Shown here in pieces: positions 40,641 to 53,539 of a stretch of DNA of 64,000 nt (position 1 is its first letter; every line of letters starts with the position of its first letter). Source of the stretch: Rhynchobatus australiae (taxonomy: Eukaryota); the NCBI GenBank assembly GCA_034780895.1, contig JAUZTB010000017.1, positions 15,211,628 through 15,275,627 of the forward strand, in the 5' to 3' direction. Position numbers and translations under genes: made by a program. The notes beneath the pieces are model-generated. The model had not been told where the DNA came from and made no database searches. It saw only the letters and a list, made by a program, of their open reading frames with translations.

Positions 40641-40979
40641 TCATAGAGTCATAGGGATCTAAAGCATGAAAACAGGCCATTTGTCCCAGAAGTCTATGCC
40701 TACAATCAAGCACCCATTTTTGCTCTCCCCACATTCCCATCAAATCTTCAACTCCTCTCCCAGACTCCACCACTCGCCTATAATTTACAGTGGCCAATTA
40801 ACCTACCAACCTGCACGGTTTTGGGATGTGAGGGGAATGCAGAGCACCCAGGGGAACCCACACTGTCACGGGGATGGGGGATCATGCAAGCTCCGCAGAG
40901 ACAGCACCGAAGGTCAGGATTGAACCCAGGTCACTGGAGCTGTGAGGAACAGCTCTACTAGTTGTGCCACTGTGCGACC
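40641..40979 (-). mobile_element. V-SINE/HE1-type SINE, full length
   Basis: tRNA head (antisense ggtcaggattgaacccaggtcactggagctgtgag...tgtgccactgtgc), V core, CR1-type tail. Confidence 0.85.
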
Positions 40980-41734
40980 AAAGCTCAGGTTTGGGTTGAT
41001 AATGCTGAGAGGACATCATACTACACTGAAGGCATTGTTGTCATTAATACGAACTTGCTGATTTAGTGAAAAAGCCTGCAAGTTATTTTTTAAAAAGATC
41101 CAGGAAATAAGCCACCATATGCATCACAGATGGGGATATTTAACAGGAAATTAAAGTGTAAATTTACTAATCTACTCTTGCTATAGCTGTAGGGAGTTGG
41201 CTCAAAGACAAAGAAGATCAACATGTGTGATTTCCTATGGGGAGGGTTGTGGCAGAAGTTGGAAAATCTAAAAAAAACAAATTGCCACAAAGGTGCCTTC
41301 AGTGTGAGGGCGACTAAACTGCTGAAGGTGGCACTGAGCAAGATGCTTATCTTTGACAAGATATAGGAGAGGGACAGGTTGATCCCGAACTGAACTTTGG
41401 AGGCAATGAGATTGCTTGTAATGCACAATCTTGGTGCTCATTGGTCAGAATTTTCATGCTGATGGGTGATTTGTCAATCTGCATCAGATTCTGCCATTCT
41501 GGGGTTGTAAGAGCAATAGGAGGCTAGGATCCTTCTTTCTATGCAATAGGTGAGCATAAGCAAATTTACAAGGGCAACGTAGTTAAAAGGGATAGATTAA
41601 ATAAACAGGAATATTTCTGGAGGACACGGGAATATGCCATCAGTCTGAAGCAGAGTGGTGGAGTTTGTGGAGCAGAAAGTTTACCAGGCCAGGCAGGGTA
41701 GAAACTGTGGATGGCTAGAGTAATCTGACAGAGC

Positions 41735-42186
41735 GAACATAAAGAACATAGAAAAACTACAGCACAATTCAGGCCCTTCAGCCCACAAAGCTGTGCCGAA
41801 CGTGTCCCTAACCTAGAAATCACTAGGCTTACCCATAGCCCTCTATTTTACTCCATGTACCTATCTAACAGTCTCTTGAANNNNNNNNNNNNNNNNNNNN
41901 NNNNNNNNNNNNNNNNNNNNNNNNNNNNNNNNNNNNNNNNNNNNNNNNNNNNNNNNNNNNNNNNNNNNNNNNNNNNNNNNCTCTATTTTACTCCATGTAC
42001 CTATCTAACAGTCTCTTGAAAGACCCTATTGTATCCGCCTCCACCACCGTTTCTGGCAGCCCAATCCACGCACTCACTGCTCTCTGAGTAAAAAACTTAC
42101 CCCTGACATCTCCTCTGTATCTACTCCCCAGCACCTTAAACCTTCGTTCTCTTGTGGCCACCATTTCAGCCCTGGGGGAAAAGCCT
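41735..42186 (-). mobile_element. Relatively young CR1-clade LINE 3' end
   Basis: Terminal repeat gaacataaagaacatagaa, caggcccttcagcccacaaagctgtgccgaac, aaaaacttacccctgacatctcctctg; CpGs retained. Confidence 0.85.
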
Positions 42187-42876
42187 CTTTCAGAGATGGT
42201 CTATTGCCTTTTTGCTTTGTTATTGTCAGCTAATTAATCTTGCACCTCAATTGAGGAATTTTACTCAAAAAAAAGTTGGATTGAGAAGGGTCAAAGCTCT
42301 ACTATTTGTGTTTCCAGTCTGCATTCACTCCTTCCCTTCCCCAGGAGTGAGGGGATTTCACTTCAATAAAATGTTACCTTTGTACTTGTCAACATCTTAA
42401 TTGCACTTTGTGCAAACAGTTTTTATGCCAACTGAAACTGTTTTGGAAAAATTTCTGTACAACATTAATGGCCATCTTAAATCAAGGCATAGTGTATGCT
42501 AAACAAAGTGAATATTGATTATTGCAGGCAACTTTTAGGAATTACTTCCAATATGTAAGACACACTTTATTCATATTTAACAGGTTCTACAACATGAGGT
42601 CTCATACTTTACATTAAATATGTCAATCATTCACATTATGACTTGTCTTCAGAACTAACCAATTATAAAATGGTCAGGATGATGATTTGATTGCAAAGCA
42701 GAATTTGATAACTCTGTGCCAAAATGATATGATTTTTGTTTGCAATGATGACATTTCACTATTAGCACACTAATTAGCAAAAAGGGTGCTAAAGGCATAC
42801 AGCAGGCTAATGGGAGACCCCCAGTCTATTGCAGACTTAGTAACATGTGCTGAGTTCCCACTGATTGCCACTCTAG

Positions 42877-43014
42877 ATGCAGCTGCAATGGCAGCCCAAC
42901 TCAAGACAGGCGTGGAAATCATCAAGTCATCCAAGTTCCCAGCCGCCCAGGCTCCAGATCCTGATCAGACTTCTGAGGTGGAGACTGACAACTGGCCAGG
43001 TCCGGGTGCCATAG
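42877..43014 (+). CDS. ABLIM1: ABLIM1 exon G (138 nt, 1-1): DAAAMAAQLKTGVEIIKSSKFPAAQAPDPDQTSEVETDNWPGPGAI
   Basis: Acceptor cactctag (alternative in-frame AG 6 nt downstream), donor gtatga; SKFPAAQAPDP...ETDxWPGP motif. Confidence 0.92.
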   Translation: MQLQWQPNSRQAWKSSSHPSSQPPRLQILIRLLRWRLTTGQVRVP

Positions 43015-46000
43015 GTATGAGAAAAGCCTGACGCATGGGCCTTGCAGTTCTTCATTACTTTTAAAATATTTCTGTCTTCTCAGATCAAAAGGAAATAACA
43101 TAAATGTTTTCAGGCTAACCTTGACAAAACTAAAATCTTAAAGGTCATTTTAAAATCTCTCAATTTTTTTGGTATTAGTTTTTTTTAAATTATTTTCTAA
43201 ATGAAGCAAAATATTAATTCACAGCAAACAGGTTTTTCTGTTATGATCAGCATTTGCATTGATACATCTTCATATGTCATATTATGCAGGGAAAAGGTGA
43301 AGACTACTGTGCAGTACCATTTAAATTCTTAATTGGTTCCTTTTCATTGGAACTTTATAAATCTTCATGGGTGTTGCTGTTTGGGCTAGTGTTTATTGCC
43401 CGTTTCTAATTACCCCTGAGTTGGGTGATATGCCAGGTCACTTCAGAGGACAGTTCAGCACAAACCTCAATATTTTGGGGTCAGATCACATAAAGACCAG
43501 ATTGGGAGAGTACAGCCAATTTTCTTCCCTACAATGCAATATTGAAACCGATGGGCTTTTCCAATGAACCAGTGTTTCATGGTTATTAATGCCAATACTA
43601 GTGTATTATTCATATTTGTTTCAGGTTTATCACAGTTTTGGATTTAAATTCCTGGGCGAGATTCCAATTCAAGTCTGGCTTTTAGTCCAGACTTCCATTT
43701 GCTGGAACCACAACCACTCTACCCAACCTCTACTTTGTAACTCAGTAACTGAAGTAGGTGTTTATTACAGGACATGGCCAGGGAAGTTCTTAGTAAGAAG
43801 TGCCACTTCTAATTATCCTGTAGGATGAAATTGGCAGTGTTCCTCTCATATTTTGTCATCTTTCATCATTTAGCTCTGACAGTCTGTCAGTTCTTTAAAC
43901 TGAGTGTGTTGAGTGGCTTTGGAACTTGAACGCTTTTCCATTGATGGGAGTCAAATCTCAGCTCCAAAAGTTGTCTAATTTGTTGTTTTGCTGGACTCTG
44001 TGCACTCCTCTGATACAATAAAGTGTTCTCACTACTGTTCATCGGAAGCTGTACATTTTCTTGGCCAATTAAACTGATCCCTTCACATGGCAACTTTGAG
44101 ACTGAGCACTTGCACCTGAAGTCAGTTCCCAAAGAGCAAATAGCCAAGATATTTTGTTGCAGAGGAGCATTGTGCTGCAAGGAGGTATCTTATTGACCTG
44201 AAATTTGTAGGAAGAATATTATGCTGCGTTGTAAAACTGCAAGTGAGTTATAATGCCATAATTGCTGCTTTACAAACCTCCTGACAGCAAAAAAAAATGT
44301 TATTCCCTCTGAAAAGTATTTCAACATTCCATGTATATAAAACATAAACATAAGCAACCTTAATTTGGTTAATGTTCCAGTTTTACTTCGCATTCTGGTT
44401 TGTTATCTGTACAACCTTTTCACTGAGATTCTGCTCAGGCTGTCCGATCTTATCATGGTTCTTGGACGCCAGGATTTCCTTTAACTGTTGCCTGCTGGCA
44501 ACTGATATTAGAATGGATAGAAGCAANNNNNNNNNNTGCCACTGGGAATATATTTCTTTGAGGTGGGCTTCTTTCTAGTCAGTGTAAGCACAGTTACTTA
44601 GGTAAAATCCGGGCTAGTTTCTTGCAAATGTATGATGTAAAAGGGTCATTGAAAGGGAAACTTCTGACTGTTTACATTGTCCCTGGAACACACTGATAGA
44701 CTTTGATGGTTTGCAGTTGAAATAGATTGATTAAAGGAATTAAAGATGAAATAGTAAATTCATTTAAAGCACAAATCTTCTGATAAATACACTGTCAAAT
44801 AAAAATAAACACTTGCTGACCTTCATGAAGGTTTGTGAGCCCATTCAACTTAGTGAAACCACTTTAGATATACCAGCCATGTAAAGATCTGGATACAAAG
44901 TGTGTTCTGTGCTTTGGCTCAGGATGATGTGAGCTGCCCCTGGGACCTAATGGAAAATGCAGGGATGGAGCAAGAGGTCAAATGCCAGTGCACATTTCAT
45001 GCTGTTGCACTGCAATGCACAGTTGCAAAATCATNNNNNNNNNNNNNNNNNNNNNNNNNNNNNNNNNNNNNNNNNNNNNNNNNNNNNNNNNNNNNNNNNN
45101 NNNNNNNNNNNNNNNNNNNNNNNNNNNNNNNNNNGCAAAATCATGAATGTACTGACCGTGAGGAGCACTTGGCCAGTGCTTCTGTTCTGAAGGAAGATGA
45201 GTGTCTTTTGAGCCAAGGTCCCTTTAATTCTGACTTCTTCAGAACTTGTTTTCATCCCACAGATGTTCGTTTGCTTTTTTACTGAGTGAACAAGTTTTCA
45301 ACTCCTGTAGATAATACTGTCACAAGCATTGTCCTAAAATTAGAAACATCTCTGATTTTTCATTACCTTATCTGGGCTCTGAAAGCATTTAAATGGTCTG
45401 CACTGTGGATTGATTGATACGGTTTTAATATTGGAACTTGAATCAATTAATCTCTTTGAAATTAGTCATTCGAATAATGCATTGTTCCCAAAATTTTTTA
45501 TTTCCAAAAGTCTTCACTATTCTGGTTGACCGATTTCATTCATTACCATCACTGAGTCTGCAGCCTGTAAAATGACCTCATATAATGTTTCTTGTGTAAC
45601 TGTACTTTTTTTACTGGAGGGGTTTTTGTCCAGCTTCCCTCAAACCACTGATTTCCTTCATAACAAATGACAGCAGCATCTATAGTCCACTTAATGTGGT
45701 TGAACATGGCAACTGGTAAAGTTTATATTAACCACGTTTTCTCTTGGCTTAGGGTCTTTGCTGAGTCTTCAATACAGATGAAAAGATTGTTGTTTTTAGC
45801 TCTTTTAGCTCAGATTTTTTTGAAGCAGAATTAAGATGGGCGAAAGGTAGATTTTTACCACCATAGCTTCTCTCCAACTTCTGTGACTATTTTTTTGTTG
45901 TTTTCCATCTTCATTAACAAATAACTTTCTCATTGGGCACCCACTGTTGTTGCTCACTGCTGTTCACGCACCTGAGAATATTGTTTGTCACGAATGCAAA

Positions 46001-47004
46001 CGTACATTAATGTCAAGCCCATGTAGCACCTTAAAAAGTAGTAATTCAGTTTGTCAAGAGGCATTTTGTTGGGCCAGTTGCAAATCATCACGTGGCTTGA
46101 GCAATCCTTTAACTGCATGTGCAACTAAATAAGATGCTGAGACAATTGTTATTGGGTCTTGTGAAATCCTAATTGTTTTTACACTTTAAAGTCCTGAAGG
46201 AAATGCAGGATATTTCTAGGTACATTTGTTTGGGTTCATGTATTTTGTAACATTAAAAAGTGTTCCTTCCTATCATTAGTGAATCATTGCAGGCTATGTT
46301 CGTATGCCGATATCTCAATTATATCGGTTTGCCGATTGACTATCAAGGCAGCTATAATTCATTTACTGGGTGTCCAGTCCCCTCACCTGCAATAGAAAGA
46401 AAACCAATTTAAATTATGGTACTGTACTCAGGACGGGGTATTGGTACAATTTTCATGGAGTGGTGCGTGGGATGAGCACANNNNNNNNNNNNNNNNNNNN
46501 NNNNNNNNNNNNNNNNNNNNNNNNNNNNNNNNNNNNNNNNNNNNNNNNNNNNNNNNNNNNNNATTCTTGAGGGGTCAGGAGGAGGACTGCTCATTCTGAT
46601 ACAAGTACAGTGCTGAAGCCCTCTGCTCAGCTCTAGAAACCTGCTTACTTCTGACCTGCCTTGCATAATGAGCTGGTTCGGAGCCCCATTTGGCACCCAG
46701 CTCAACTGCAGGGTTGGGCCTCTTATGGGTAGAATTGCTATTGGGTGATGAGGTCACAGTGATGGCCACCTCCCTGATTCATTCACTTGATAAAAGTCGT
46801 CCCATATCTCTATTTCGGAGATAAAATGATACTGAAGGCCCACAATGTAGTTCCTCTCAAGTAGCCTTCTGTAAGTATCTTAAATGCAGCCCTGCCATCT
46901 TGAAGATTGTGGACTTCAGCTCTCTTTGATCTAACCTATACAAAACCTGCCCTCTGGCAGTGTGTGTATCTCAGATCTCTAAAGCTGTATTTTGTGACTA
47001 TCAG

Positions 47005-47093
47005 GAACAGACAGGAGGAGAGGCAGTGAACGAGAAGAGGAAGATGAGGAAAAACTCCGACGTAGACAACTCCAGGAGGAGCAACTCAATAAA
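47005..47093 (+). CDS. ABLIM1: ABLIM1 exon H (89 nt, 1-0): GTDRRRGSEREEEDEEKLRRRQLQEEQLNK
   Basis: Acceptor actatcag, donor gtatgt; matches ABLIM1 ...REEDDEELLRRRQLQEEQLMK coiled-coil. Confidence 0.92.
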
Positions 47094-47849
47094 GTATGTT
47101 TGGCTTGTGTACCTAAAGCTGTTAAAATGTACTGTGAAAAGAATGGTGTTTTCATCTTCACGTGAAGGAACAGCATGACTGAGGCAGAATCAATCATTGG
47201 TGTGTGTGTGCTGCAGGTTGTCATGCCTGTTTTCTGTGTCTAGTCCATTGGGGCTAAGCTGATATGAGTAGAAACCTAATTATTTCTGTCTTTTAACACA
47301 AGTTCATTTTGTTAGATAGTACATATTAGACACTTTTTTCTGTTCAAGACAACCTTTCACATTTGTGTGCATTATTTTAAATATTTTATTTTGCTTTTTT
47401 TTATTGTCAGTCCTATTTCCCTCTTCCAGCTATTCAATTTAATATTTATTGCAGCATTTTGTGATGTCTTCATGTAGCTTTAATGAACATCTACCAGCAA
47501 ATGTCAGCATATCCCAGAGTATTTTGTATCCCTGCCTTTCCTCTGAGGTGAATGTCAATAACCACTGCCCAAACGTTGTACCCATTTGTGCCTGTTTGTT
47601 ATGAGTGAATAATGTAAAAAAACTAGTACGTTGCATGTCTTGTTTGTGGCCATTTCCTGTCCCACCCAAAGGCAGGGATGGAACAAGATTTGACAAGAGT
47701 CTCCTGTCATGATTCATGCTAATGCAGATATCATTTCCATGATGACATCATCAAAGTGTGCAGCAGCCATTAATTATTCGCTGTCAGAAATTAGATCACA
47801 AGGTCATGACCCATGACCTTTGTTTTTAATTCAATAAAACAAGGAGCAA

Positions 47850-48125
47850 ATAAGAACATAAAGAAAAGAAGCAGGACTAGGCCATTTACCACATTGTGTC
47901 TGCTCTGTCATTTAGTAAGGTCATAGCTGACATTTTACCTGAGGAAGACTTTCTATTCTAAACCAACATCCCTTGAGTGTCTTTAAAAACTAAAAATCTA
48001 TGGACCTTGGTCTTGGATGTACTCAGCAACTGCAACTCCACACTCTTGTGAATGGAGAATTCCAAAGGTTCCCTGCTCCTTGTGTGAAAAATGTTCTCAT
48101 TTCTGCCCTGACCGAGCAGCCACTT
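47850..48125 (-). mobile_element. CR1-clade LINE 3' end, decayed
   Basis: taagaacataaagaaaagaagcaggactaggccattta ... ggagaattccaaaggttc...tgtgtgaaaaatgttctcatttctg. Confidence 0.7.
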
Positions 48126-48303
48126 CTTTCAATATCTGCCCCGAAATTAGTGAACTGCATAATTTAAGACAGGGCATCAATTTTTCTTGTACCTTTTATC
48201 TATTTCCCCTGCTCACCATATATTTTAATGTTTTAAAATTCTCATGCAGAGAGCTGACGGTCTGAGCACAAATTGTAGCATTGATATTTCAGGACACAGC
48301 TAT

Positions 48304-48628
48304 AAGATCTCTTTATTAGTCACATGTACATCNNNNNNNNNNNNNNNNCACATGTACATCGAAACACACAGTGAAATGCATCTGTTGCATAGAGTGTTCT
48401 GAGGGCAGCCCACAAGTGTCGCCACAATTCCGGCGCCAACATAACATGCCCACAACTTCCTAACTCGTATGTCTTTTGGAATGTGGGAGGAAACCGGAGC
48501 ACTCGGAGGGAACCCATGCAGTCATGGGGAGAACATACAAACTCCATACAGACAGCAGCTGAAATTGAACCCAGGTCGATGGCACTGTAAGAGTGTTATG
48601 CTAACCAGTACACTACTGTGCCTGCCCC
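48304..48628 (-). mobile_element. V-SINE-type SINE with Rex/Babar-like 3' tail
   Basis: Core ggaatgtgggaggaaaccggagcactcggagggaacccatgcagtcatggggagaacatacaaactcc; tail tttattagtcacatgtacatcgaaacacacagtgaaatgcatc. Confidence 0.8.
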
Positions 48629-49589
48629 TTCAATCCACACTGTTGCCCTCATTGCCTTGGGATCGTCCTTAGCATGGGTACAGTTTTAAGTCAGGGGCAG
48701 TTTTTTTTTAGCCTTTATCCTCTTCACTCCACTATATTATCCCTGACTCCTCCTCCCAGCCAACTGCCGTGACTCTCCAACCCCACCACCAACACCACCA
48801 CCAAATCCACCCCAGTTCTCCTCATCCCCATGATAGCCTTAAAGGGAACAGATTTGTTTCCTATGAGCCAATACACCAGTTACACAGCAGCTGCCTGCTT
48901 AATTTTACAGTTTGGTTCATAATGCTTCTTAAACCACAATAATTAATTGGATATCCGAATTTTGTGCTTCTTATTTAAGGTGACACCTAATCTGGCATTT
49001 GAAGCAAAACATGACATCCAATCAGCATACCAGAAATAGATGAAATCCCATTTCTAGGCATCCATGGGATGTTCAAAGAATAAAAGTGCATTCTCCAGAT
49101 GTATTTGTTGCTTAATTAGTGACTGAAATGCAACCTTGTTTTCATTTCAAAAAAATATGTATTTAGCAATAAGCATTTGTGATGTCATGAGATTATGAAA
49201 GACTCTACACAAATACAGGTCTGTCTTTCACTTTGAATTAATGGTCCCCCAGCATAATCAAGAAATTAACAAAGAAGACAATCACACACAGACTCTAATT
49301 TTTAATGTTCTTTTTCAGTATTGGCAGGGTTAATGGAAAGGAAATGAATCTTTAATCAAAATAGAATTGTTTGTCTTGTACTCCTGCCCACAACATACCA
49401 CCACTTGTACTCTTGCTTATTGAAACAGTTCAAAGGAAAATATGTACAAAAAGGAACATTGTTCACAGGAAAAATCAGGCCATGTTTAGCTACACTCAGC
49501 ACAACAGCTTCTCCTCACTGATGCTGCACTGGTTGTGTTCAGAAATATTGGTTTATTTATTTTTGCAACTGTCCTTTGTAAATTTATAG

Positions 49590-49719
49590 ATCCAGTCAGG
49601 CCTCGGGAAGCTGATTCTGAAGGAAGAGTTGGAAAAAGAGAAGCAAGCCCGCTTAGCGTCACACGCTCTCTCTGGTGATCCTCAATTCAGACATCGTTAT
49701 GATTCAGCAGGGAGTGCGT
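49590..49719 (+). CDS. ABLIM1: ABLIM1 exon I (130 nt, 0-1): IQSGLGKLILKEELEKEKQARLASHALSGDPQFRHRYDSAGSA
   Basis: Acceptor aatttatag, donor gtaaga; SGLGxLILKEExEKE and RYDS motifs; phases fit both neighbours. Confidence 0.9.
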
Positions 49720-49896
49720 GTAAGAGCATCAATCTTCCATCAAATGTCTGAGATGAATGGATTCCTTATTAATTAATAATTCTTGTTAATGGACTTGCGC
49801 ACAGTGTGTGTCTTGTGGTATTGCTTTCTGCCAAGCTTCACTATGTTAGAAAGTTGCCCTTTTTATTTGCTTCATATTCTGATAATAGACAATAAT

Positions 49897-50186
49897 ACCA
49901 TAAGACATCAGAGTTAACTTTAGCCTATCAAATCTGCTCCATCATTCAATTATGACTATTTTTTTTCTCAACCCTATTTTCCCACCTTCTCCCCATAACA
50001 CTTAACCCTCATACCAGTCAAGAACTTGTGAATCTCTGCCTTAAATACATCCATATACAATGACTTAACCTCCACAGCTGTCTGTGGCAACGAATTCCAC
50101 AGATTCACCACCCTCTGGTTGAAGAAATTCCTCCTCGTCTCAGTTCTAAAGGGACGTCCCTTTACTCTGAGGCTGTGCCCTCGGGG
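49897..50186 (-). mobile_element. CR1-clade LINE 3' end
   Basis: ggcaacgaattccacagattcaccaccctctggttgaagaaattcctcctcgtctcagttctaaagggacgtccc. Confidence 0.85.
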
Positions 50187-50294
50187 TAAAATGCTCCTTC
50201 TATGAGGAGGGACTAAATAGACTGGTTTGTTTTCACGGAGGGCTACAGAGGTTTAGTCACTGATTTAAGGCAGAGATTGATCAGAGAAGGTGTG

Positions 50295-50800
50295 GGGGAA
50301 CTGACGGAGATATACAAAACTATGAGAGACATGGAGAGGGTAGATAGTAAGAAACATTTCCCCCAGTAGGATGGGTCTTAGACCAGAGGGCACAGGTTTA
50401 AGGGGAGGAGCAGAAGGTTTAGAGGGGATCTGAGGAAGATTTTTTTTCACCCAGACATGATGATTGTTTGTCGGCTCTTGGACTGTACTCACTGGAGTAC
50501 AGAAGAATGAGAGGGGATCTCATAGAAACATTTAAAATGTTAAAAGGAATAGCCAGGGTGGATGCAGTTTCCCTTGGTGGGTGAGTCCAGGACCAGAGGG
50601 CACAATCTTAGTATTAGAGGGAACAGGATTAGAACAGATGAGGAGAAACTTTTTCAGCCAGAGGGTAGTGAATTTATGGAATTCCTTGCCACGTACAACA
50701 GTGGAGGCCAGATCACTGAGGACATTTAAGGAGGAGATAGACAGATATCTAATTAGTCAAGGTATCAAGGGATATGGGGATAAGGCCGGAAACTGGGGTT
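50295..50800 (+). mobile_element. Two tandem CR1-clade LINE fragments
   Basis: ORF MRRNFFSQRVVNLWNSLPRTTVEARSLRTFKEEIDRYLISQGIKGYGDKAGNWG; upstream second copy accagagggcacaggtttaag...tttttcacccaga. Confidence 0.85.
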
Positions 50801-50952
50801 AATTTTTTTTTCTTTCTCCTTTTGACTCTCTCCCCTTCCTCCCCCCCCCGGGNNNNNNNNNNNNNNNNNNNNNNNNNNNNNNNNNNNNNNNNNNNNNNNN
50901 NNNNNNNNNNNNNNNNNNNNNNNNNNNNNNNNNNNNNNNNNNNNNNNNNNNN

Positions 50953-51135
50953 TAACTTGCCCAAGTTCTTCTGCAGACTCCCTACCTCTGCAACACTACC
51001 TATCCCTCCATCTATCTTGGTATCATCTGCAAACTTGGTCACAATGCAATAAGTTCTTTCATCCAGAACATTAACATATAATGCAGAAAGTGGTGTTTCC
51101 AACACTGACCCTTGCAGAACTCAACTAGTCACCAT
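50953..51135 (-). mobile_element. CR1 reverse-transcriptase core fragment
   Basis: Minus-strand peptide YVNVLDERTYCIVTKFADDTKIDGG (FADD catalytic motif). Confidence 0.85.
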
Positions 51136-51674
51136 GCTCGTACCTTACTAGTACCTAACACCATGGGATCTTATCTATAATGAAGCAAATAACGTGGCTA
51201 TTAATGCAATTTAATATCTATAAAACTCTCACAGAACTCTTATGTCCTGGAATATTTTTAATTAGAAAGCATTTGATGCATCAGATTTTTTTTGTTGTTT
51301 TTTTTTTGATTAGCTGCATAGATATTTTAATTTTGTTTTAAAATATTAAAGCAACAAGTGAATAAAGTTGGCTGCTTGTTACAGGACAAACTGTGGTGTG
51401 GATGGGCCTTGTGCTGTTTTCAGTGTTATGATAGTCGATACCAGCCCGCCAGGTAGAGTCAGCTAGCAAGGGGTAGTGGCCACACCACACTCAGACACAG
51501 AGGCAGAAAGCGAGTGACTCCTGCTCTCTCTGCAACATTAGCACCCATGAGGACCTTGGGAGGTGTTTCTTCTTCCTTTTGACAGTACAGTAAAAGAAAA
51601 CCAGAAGAGTGAAAACCACACATAGTTGCACTGCACCCTCACTTACCCAGGACTTGGCAACTTGCACCTAGTAA

Positions 51675-52410
51675 CAAAAATAGAGAATGCTGGAAGCACT
51701 CAATAGGTCAAACAGCATCAGCAGGGAGAATTAACAGAGTCAATGTTTCAGGACAGGAAGCTTTCATCACAACTGAAAAAGTGAAAGTGTGTTTTAAGTT
51801 GCATAGAGGGGAAAGTGAAAAGAACAGAGGGAGTATATGTGATATTGTGCCAACTAAAGAAATCAAGGTAACAATTAAACTTCTTAAAAAAATTGGGTTC
51901 AAGCAACATGTTACAGAAATAAATTGACACAAAACAAATTAAAATAGAAAGGTACTGCCACATTTGTTGGGGAATAAAGGGGTCTTCACCTGAAATCATT
52001 AAACTCCAATATTAAGTCTTGCAACAAGTCTGGCTGGAAGATGAGTTGCTGTTCTTCAAGCTAATGTGGGCCTCTGTTGAAACAATATCGGAGGCAAAGA
52101 CAGGAAGGTCAGGATGGGAGTGGGATGGAGAAATAAAATGACTGGCAACGGGAAGCTCAAAGACTCACTTCCAAACTGAATAGAGTGTTCTGCAAAGCGG
52201 TCACCCAATCTGTTTTTGGTTTCTCCAGTGCACATTCCAGTTTCTGGGCCCAACCCATTCCAACGACCTCCACATTCAATGGGTCATCCTCTAATTTCTG
52301 CCACCTTCAATGAGATTCCACTGCTAGCCACATCTTCAACCTGAAATGTTAACTCTTTCTATTTTCACAAGTGCTGTCCAATGTTCTGAGTTTTTCCAGC
52401 ATTTTGTTTT
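51675..52410 (-). mobile_element. Penelope-like element remnant: GIY-YIG endonuclease fragment flanked by inverted terminal modules
   Basis: ORF 52056-52253 CTGETKNRLGDRFAEH matches the YIGETKRRLxxRFxEH GIY-YIG motif; 51675-51750 is inverted relative to 52340-52410. Confidence 0.8.
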
Positions 52411-52504
52411 AACATAAATATTGTGGATATTTTTCTGAATACCTCAGTGTTGCATTCAAAGTTTAATGGTCAGATTTCATGACAGTGTGGTAGGCAGATT
52501 CCAA

Positions 52505-52880
52505 TTAGTTTATTGTCATATTCACCAGGGTGCAATGAAATTCTTTGCTTATGTGAAGCTCACAGAGTAAACATGGTAATAATAAACACAAAATAAATAC
52601 AATGACAAGCACAAAACAATGGAATAGTGGGAAGTACAGCAGTGCAATCTAAAGTAGTCCAAAAAGAAATGCTAAAGTGACAATAATGAAAGAGGTAGAA
52701 TGAAGGGTCCGTGGATGTGGCAGCACCACTGGGAAGGGAATGTGAAGGAGGGGATTGGTTCAGAGGTCTGATGGCAGTGGGGAAGAAGCTGTTCTTGAGT
52801 CTGATCATCTGGACTTTCAAACTCCTTTATCTTAGAAGACAGAAAAGGGAATCGCCAGGGTGGCAGGCATCCTAGATTTT
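52505..52880 (-). mobile_element. Rex1/Babar-type LINE 3' end
   Basis: ORF KVQMIRLKNSFFPTAIRPLN; tail aatttcattgcaccctggtgaatatgacaataaac. Confidence 0.8.
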
Positions 52881-53539
52881 TGTTCCTTGAGTCTTGATCT
52901 TTATTACTTTTTCTTTTTCCTCCTTTGCTTGCTCAATATAAAGCATAATAAATATGTTCTCTAATCATACAAAGTCCGTGGTTAGAGGAGACTGTTTGGC
53001 CCGTTGAGCCTGTGCTGCTCCTCTGTTATGCAGTGGAGGTCGCTTAGGCCCTGCTCATGAGCACTTACTGCAATCTGCCCCTTTTTTTGTGAAAGGTTGC
53101 CAACCCCAGCTTGACCTCCAGAACCCTGTTATTATTCCAGGCTCAGCTAAGTTCAAAGTGGAGGGGAAGTGCCAGATAACAATTCTGCTCTGGATTAGAT
53201 GTTTGCTTCAAAGTGGAGCAGGAAATTGTGTGTGTTGATCCAGACCAAGCCAGGTGCCAATTGATTGTAATAGTATCTCCATTCGGACAATGTATCTTAC
53301 TGTGCAAAACAATTTGTGAAAGCNNNNNNNNNNNNNNNNNNNNNNNNNNNNNNNNNNNNNNNNNNNNNNNNNNNNNNNNNNNNNTTTGAACAACTGTTTT
53401 AATACTATTATGATTCCTATATCATTTCTTTTGGAAATGAGCTTCCAGTAGCTGACGATGGATGTTAAGTTCACTTCTCAGAGTGGATCCTTGGTCACCG
53501 TACAAGCAATATGTTGTAAACCATCACACCACTACTATT

